Shown here: piece by piece, positions 44,779 to 47,367 of the stretch
Layout of the letters: each line of letters opens with the position of its first letter
Numbering within the stretch: the stretch's first letter is position 1
Assembly (NCBI RefSeq): GCF_006345805.1
Contig: NW_021834552.1
Span: 1-47,367 of the forward strand
Source of the DNA: Octopus sinensis
Lineage: Eukaryota
Length of the DNA: 47,367 nt
Direction of reading: 5' to 3'
Notes under the pieces: model-generated
What the model was told of the DNA's origin: nothing
Databases searched by the model: none
What the model saw: the letters and a program-made list of their open reading frames with translations, nothing else
Position numbers and translations under genes: made by a program

Positions 44779-45729
44779 ATGTATGTGTGTGTGTGTGTGT
44801 TTGTGTATATATATGAATGTATGTATGTGTGTATGTGTGTGTGTGTATTTATGTATGTATGTATGTATGTATGTATGTGTGTGTGTGTGTGTATGTATGT
44901 ATGCTTATGTATGTATGCATGTATGTATGTATGTATGTAAGTATGTATGTATGTATGTATGTATGTATGTATGTATGTATGCAAGCATGCCTGTAAGTCA
45001 TTATTTAGTTTTATTTCAAGTTTGGGGTCACTATACAGTTTAAGTCCTGTATATTGACCAAGATTTCTTGCCAGTGGAGGAAGAGCCGGTTTCTAACCTA
45101 GATCTAAGGCTCCCTCATTGGAATTTCAACATCAACAGGGTATTTTCATATGCATGAACGCATAGTAATGCATATTAGTTACTTGTCTAGACATGCTCAT
45201 ATAAACTTAAATGGTAGACTTTTGGAAAGTTTACGTATGCATGTCTGTCTGTGTGTATGGATGGATGAATGAAAGAACGAGTAAATGAATGAATGAATGA
45301 ATGGAAACATGGACAGTGGAACATCACAAATTGTCACTCCGAGAGAGTTTAACTGTCAAATTTTGCACTCAAGCATATCTTTTTTCGGTTAATTTCTGTA
45401 TTAACACCCGCACAATTTTCACTATGAAAAAAAAAAAACAAAAAAAACTCAGATATTTTTACGTGGAATCAAGTACCCTTACCTCCTAATATGCTGCAAA
45501 TCCCTTATTTTTTGGTTCGAAGAAAAGTGGGGGCGTGGGGGCGCCCTCCCCCCTTCTCGTGGAATCATTGGATTTTTTTCCCCGTTGAATGAATTCCTGT
45601 GACCTAATACGCTACGAAACCCTTTTTGGGGTCCGAAAAATGGGAGTGGGTGAGGTGGAGGACTCGGAAATTTCACCCCTACCCCCATTGGTCTTTTCAC
45701 CCGCACGATCTTTACTAAGGAAAAAAAAA

Positions 45730-45945
45730 TCGAAAGTTGTTATTGACAAACAACAGCAGTAATTTTATTCAGCTGAATCCACGTCATTGATTGGTTAAAA
45801 TTACCGAAATACGACAACATTAACACGAAATCACTTCGTAAATAGAAACTTTTCTCAACAACGCTAAGAGTAAAAGATGTTTTATATGACACATTCTACC
45901 AATGTCCAAAGTTAGAAAGTGTTTAGTTACAAAAAATTAATTTCT
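45730..45945. mobile_element. Diverged internal fragment related to the 31.7-kb MITE
   Basis: Shared blocks such as ATAGAA..TTTTCTCAA...AAGATGTTTTAT...CACATTCTAC...TTTAGTTAC. Confidence 0.5.
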
Positions 45946-46182
45946 CGTTCTGCCGATGCCACGAATCATTGTATTTCTTTCCATTGGACAAAACAATCAT
46001 ACATTGAAAATTTTAGTAATTAATGTTCTGCTTTACAATTTCCTGTTACCCTCGAGTATCCACATGCATACACACACACATACACACGCACACAAACATC
46101 TATCTATATATATATATATATGCATGTACGTGTGTATATGTATATATCTGTATCTATAGATATGTGTGCGTGTATATATATA

Positions 46183-46516
46183 AAGACCCCCCTTCGGTCA
46201 TGAATGACCATGGGATTGCACCTAGAAAGTTACCCTCCTAGACACAAGTCCGGGCAAGGTTGTTTATGGAAGACCAGCAGTCGCCATGCATACCAGCCTC
46301 CCCTCTCCACGCCACCAGTGTTATCCAAGGAAAGACAAAGGTCGATACAGCTTGGCAGCTGTGACGTCGCAACTCATTTCTACGCTGAGTGAACTGGAGC
46401 AACGTGAAATAAGTGTCTGGCTCAAGAACACAACACGCGCTGCCCGGTCCGGGATTCGAGCTCACAACCTCACGATATAAGCTCGACGCTCTAACCACTG
46501 AGCCATGCGCCTTCAC
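46183..46516 (-). mobile_element. SINE family D
   Basis: Matches 22433-22744; low-complexity TSD GTGTATATATATA. Confidence 0.85.
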
Positions 46517-46557
<41 letters not shown>

Positions 46558-46786
46558 ATAAATAAAATAAAACATATGCATATATATAAACATATATGTA
46601 CGTACCTACCTCTACATGTACATATACACGCATATATGAGTACAGGACACCAAAAGGACGTCGAACACAATGAGAGGCGAAACATAGACACAACCAAAGG
46701 AACTGGACATTTATTTAAAAACAGCAAAAAAAAATAGAGTACAGGACAATTATATATATATATACATATATATATATAAGATATAT

Positions 46787-46839
<53 letters not shown>

Positions 46840-47001
46840 GAATAAAAAAAGGAAATGAAAAAATGCTGACAAAATAATTTAAGTAAGGGAGAGTGTATTT
46901 AATTAGGTGAAAGTTCTTTTTCCGGTTGCGATTTGTTATGCTTATCAAAAGATTATTTTTTTTAAGAGAGATAGAGTTCTTTTCTGATAGATTTTTTCTC
47001 T

Positions 47002-47036
<35 letters not shown>

Positions 47037-47367
47037 ATGATTTGAAGCTTCCCTAACACTTGTTTCAGTCCGTGTGCGTGTCTTCTAGTAAAGATGCGTG
47101 CCGACAAAAGATTCGTGAGTGGATAAGGTAAACAGAAAGTGAAAGTAAATTGCGTAGTAAACAATCGAAAATGAAACTAGCATAATGATCACAACAAAAA
47201 TACCAAAACATCATGGTGTGTTAGTGTGCATCACATAAACTATTACGTAAATGGAAAGCAGCACAAGAGGGTGAGATAATGGGAAATTCACAAGGAGAGA
47301 GGAAGATACTGAGACAGATTACATGCATATATACAAATGTATGTATGTCTATATATATTTATATATG

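Overview
AT-rich, repeat-dense eukaryotic genomic DNA. The SINE, MITE and microsatellite landscape suggests a coleoid cephalopod such as Octopus (inference). One protein-coding gene is supported: a clan-3 (CYP3A-like) cytochrome P450 on the minus strand. I assembled 13 coding exons by hand (E2-E14, 40404 down to 8483; 1477 nt). All have AG/GT boundaries and matching phases, there are no internal stops, and the PPGP-like, WxxxR, AGxETT, ExxR, PERF and FxxGxRxCxG motifs are intact. The first exon (Met plus membrane anchor) was not found and may lie outside the window. The introns contain tRNA-derived SINEs, mariner remnants, piggyBac/hAT/Helitron non-autonomous elements, R4/Dong-like 3' ends in (TAA)n tracts, and several tandem repeats. 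The most notable observations: (1) a near-canonical type I hammerhead ribozyme motif on the sense strand of intron 5, plus a scattered set of Penelope-type minimal hammerheads, one built into a perfect 101-bp palindrome; (2) a 2.9-kb foldback element with about 1.3-kb inverted arms whose termini match two neighbouring Merlin-like MITEs; (3) exon sizes and phases that closely track human CYP3A4, with one extra intron. No coordinates or identities were computed by software; all come from manual reading and repeat boundaries are approximate.
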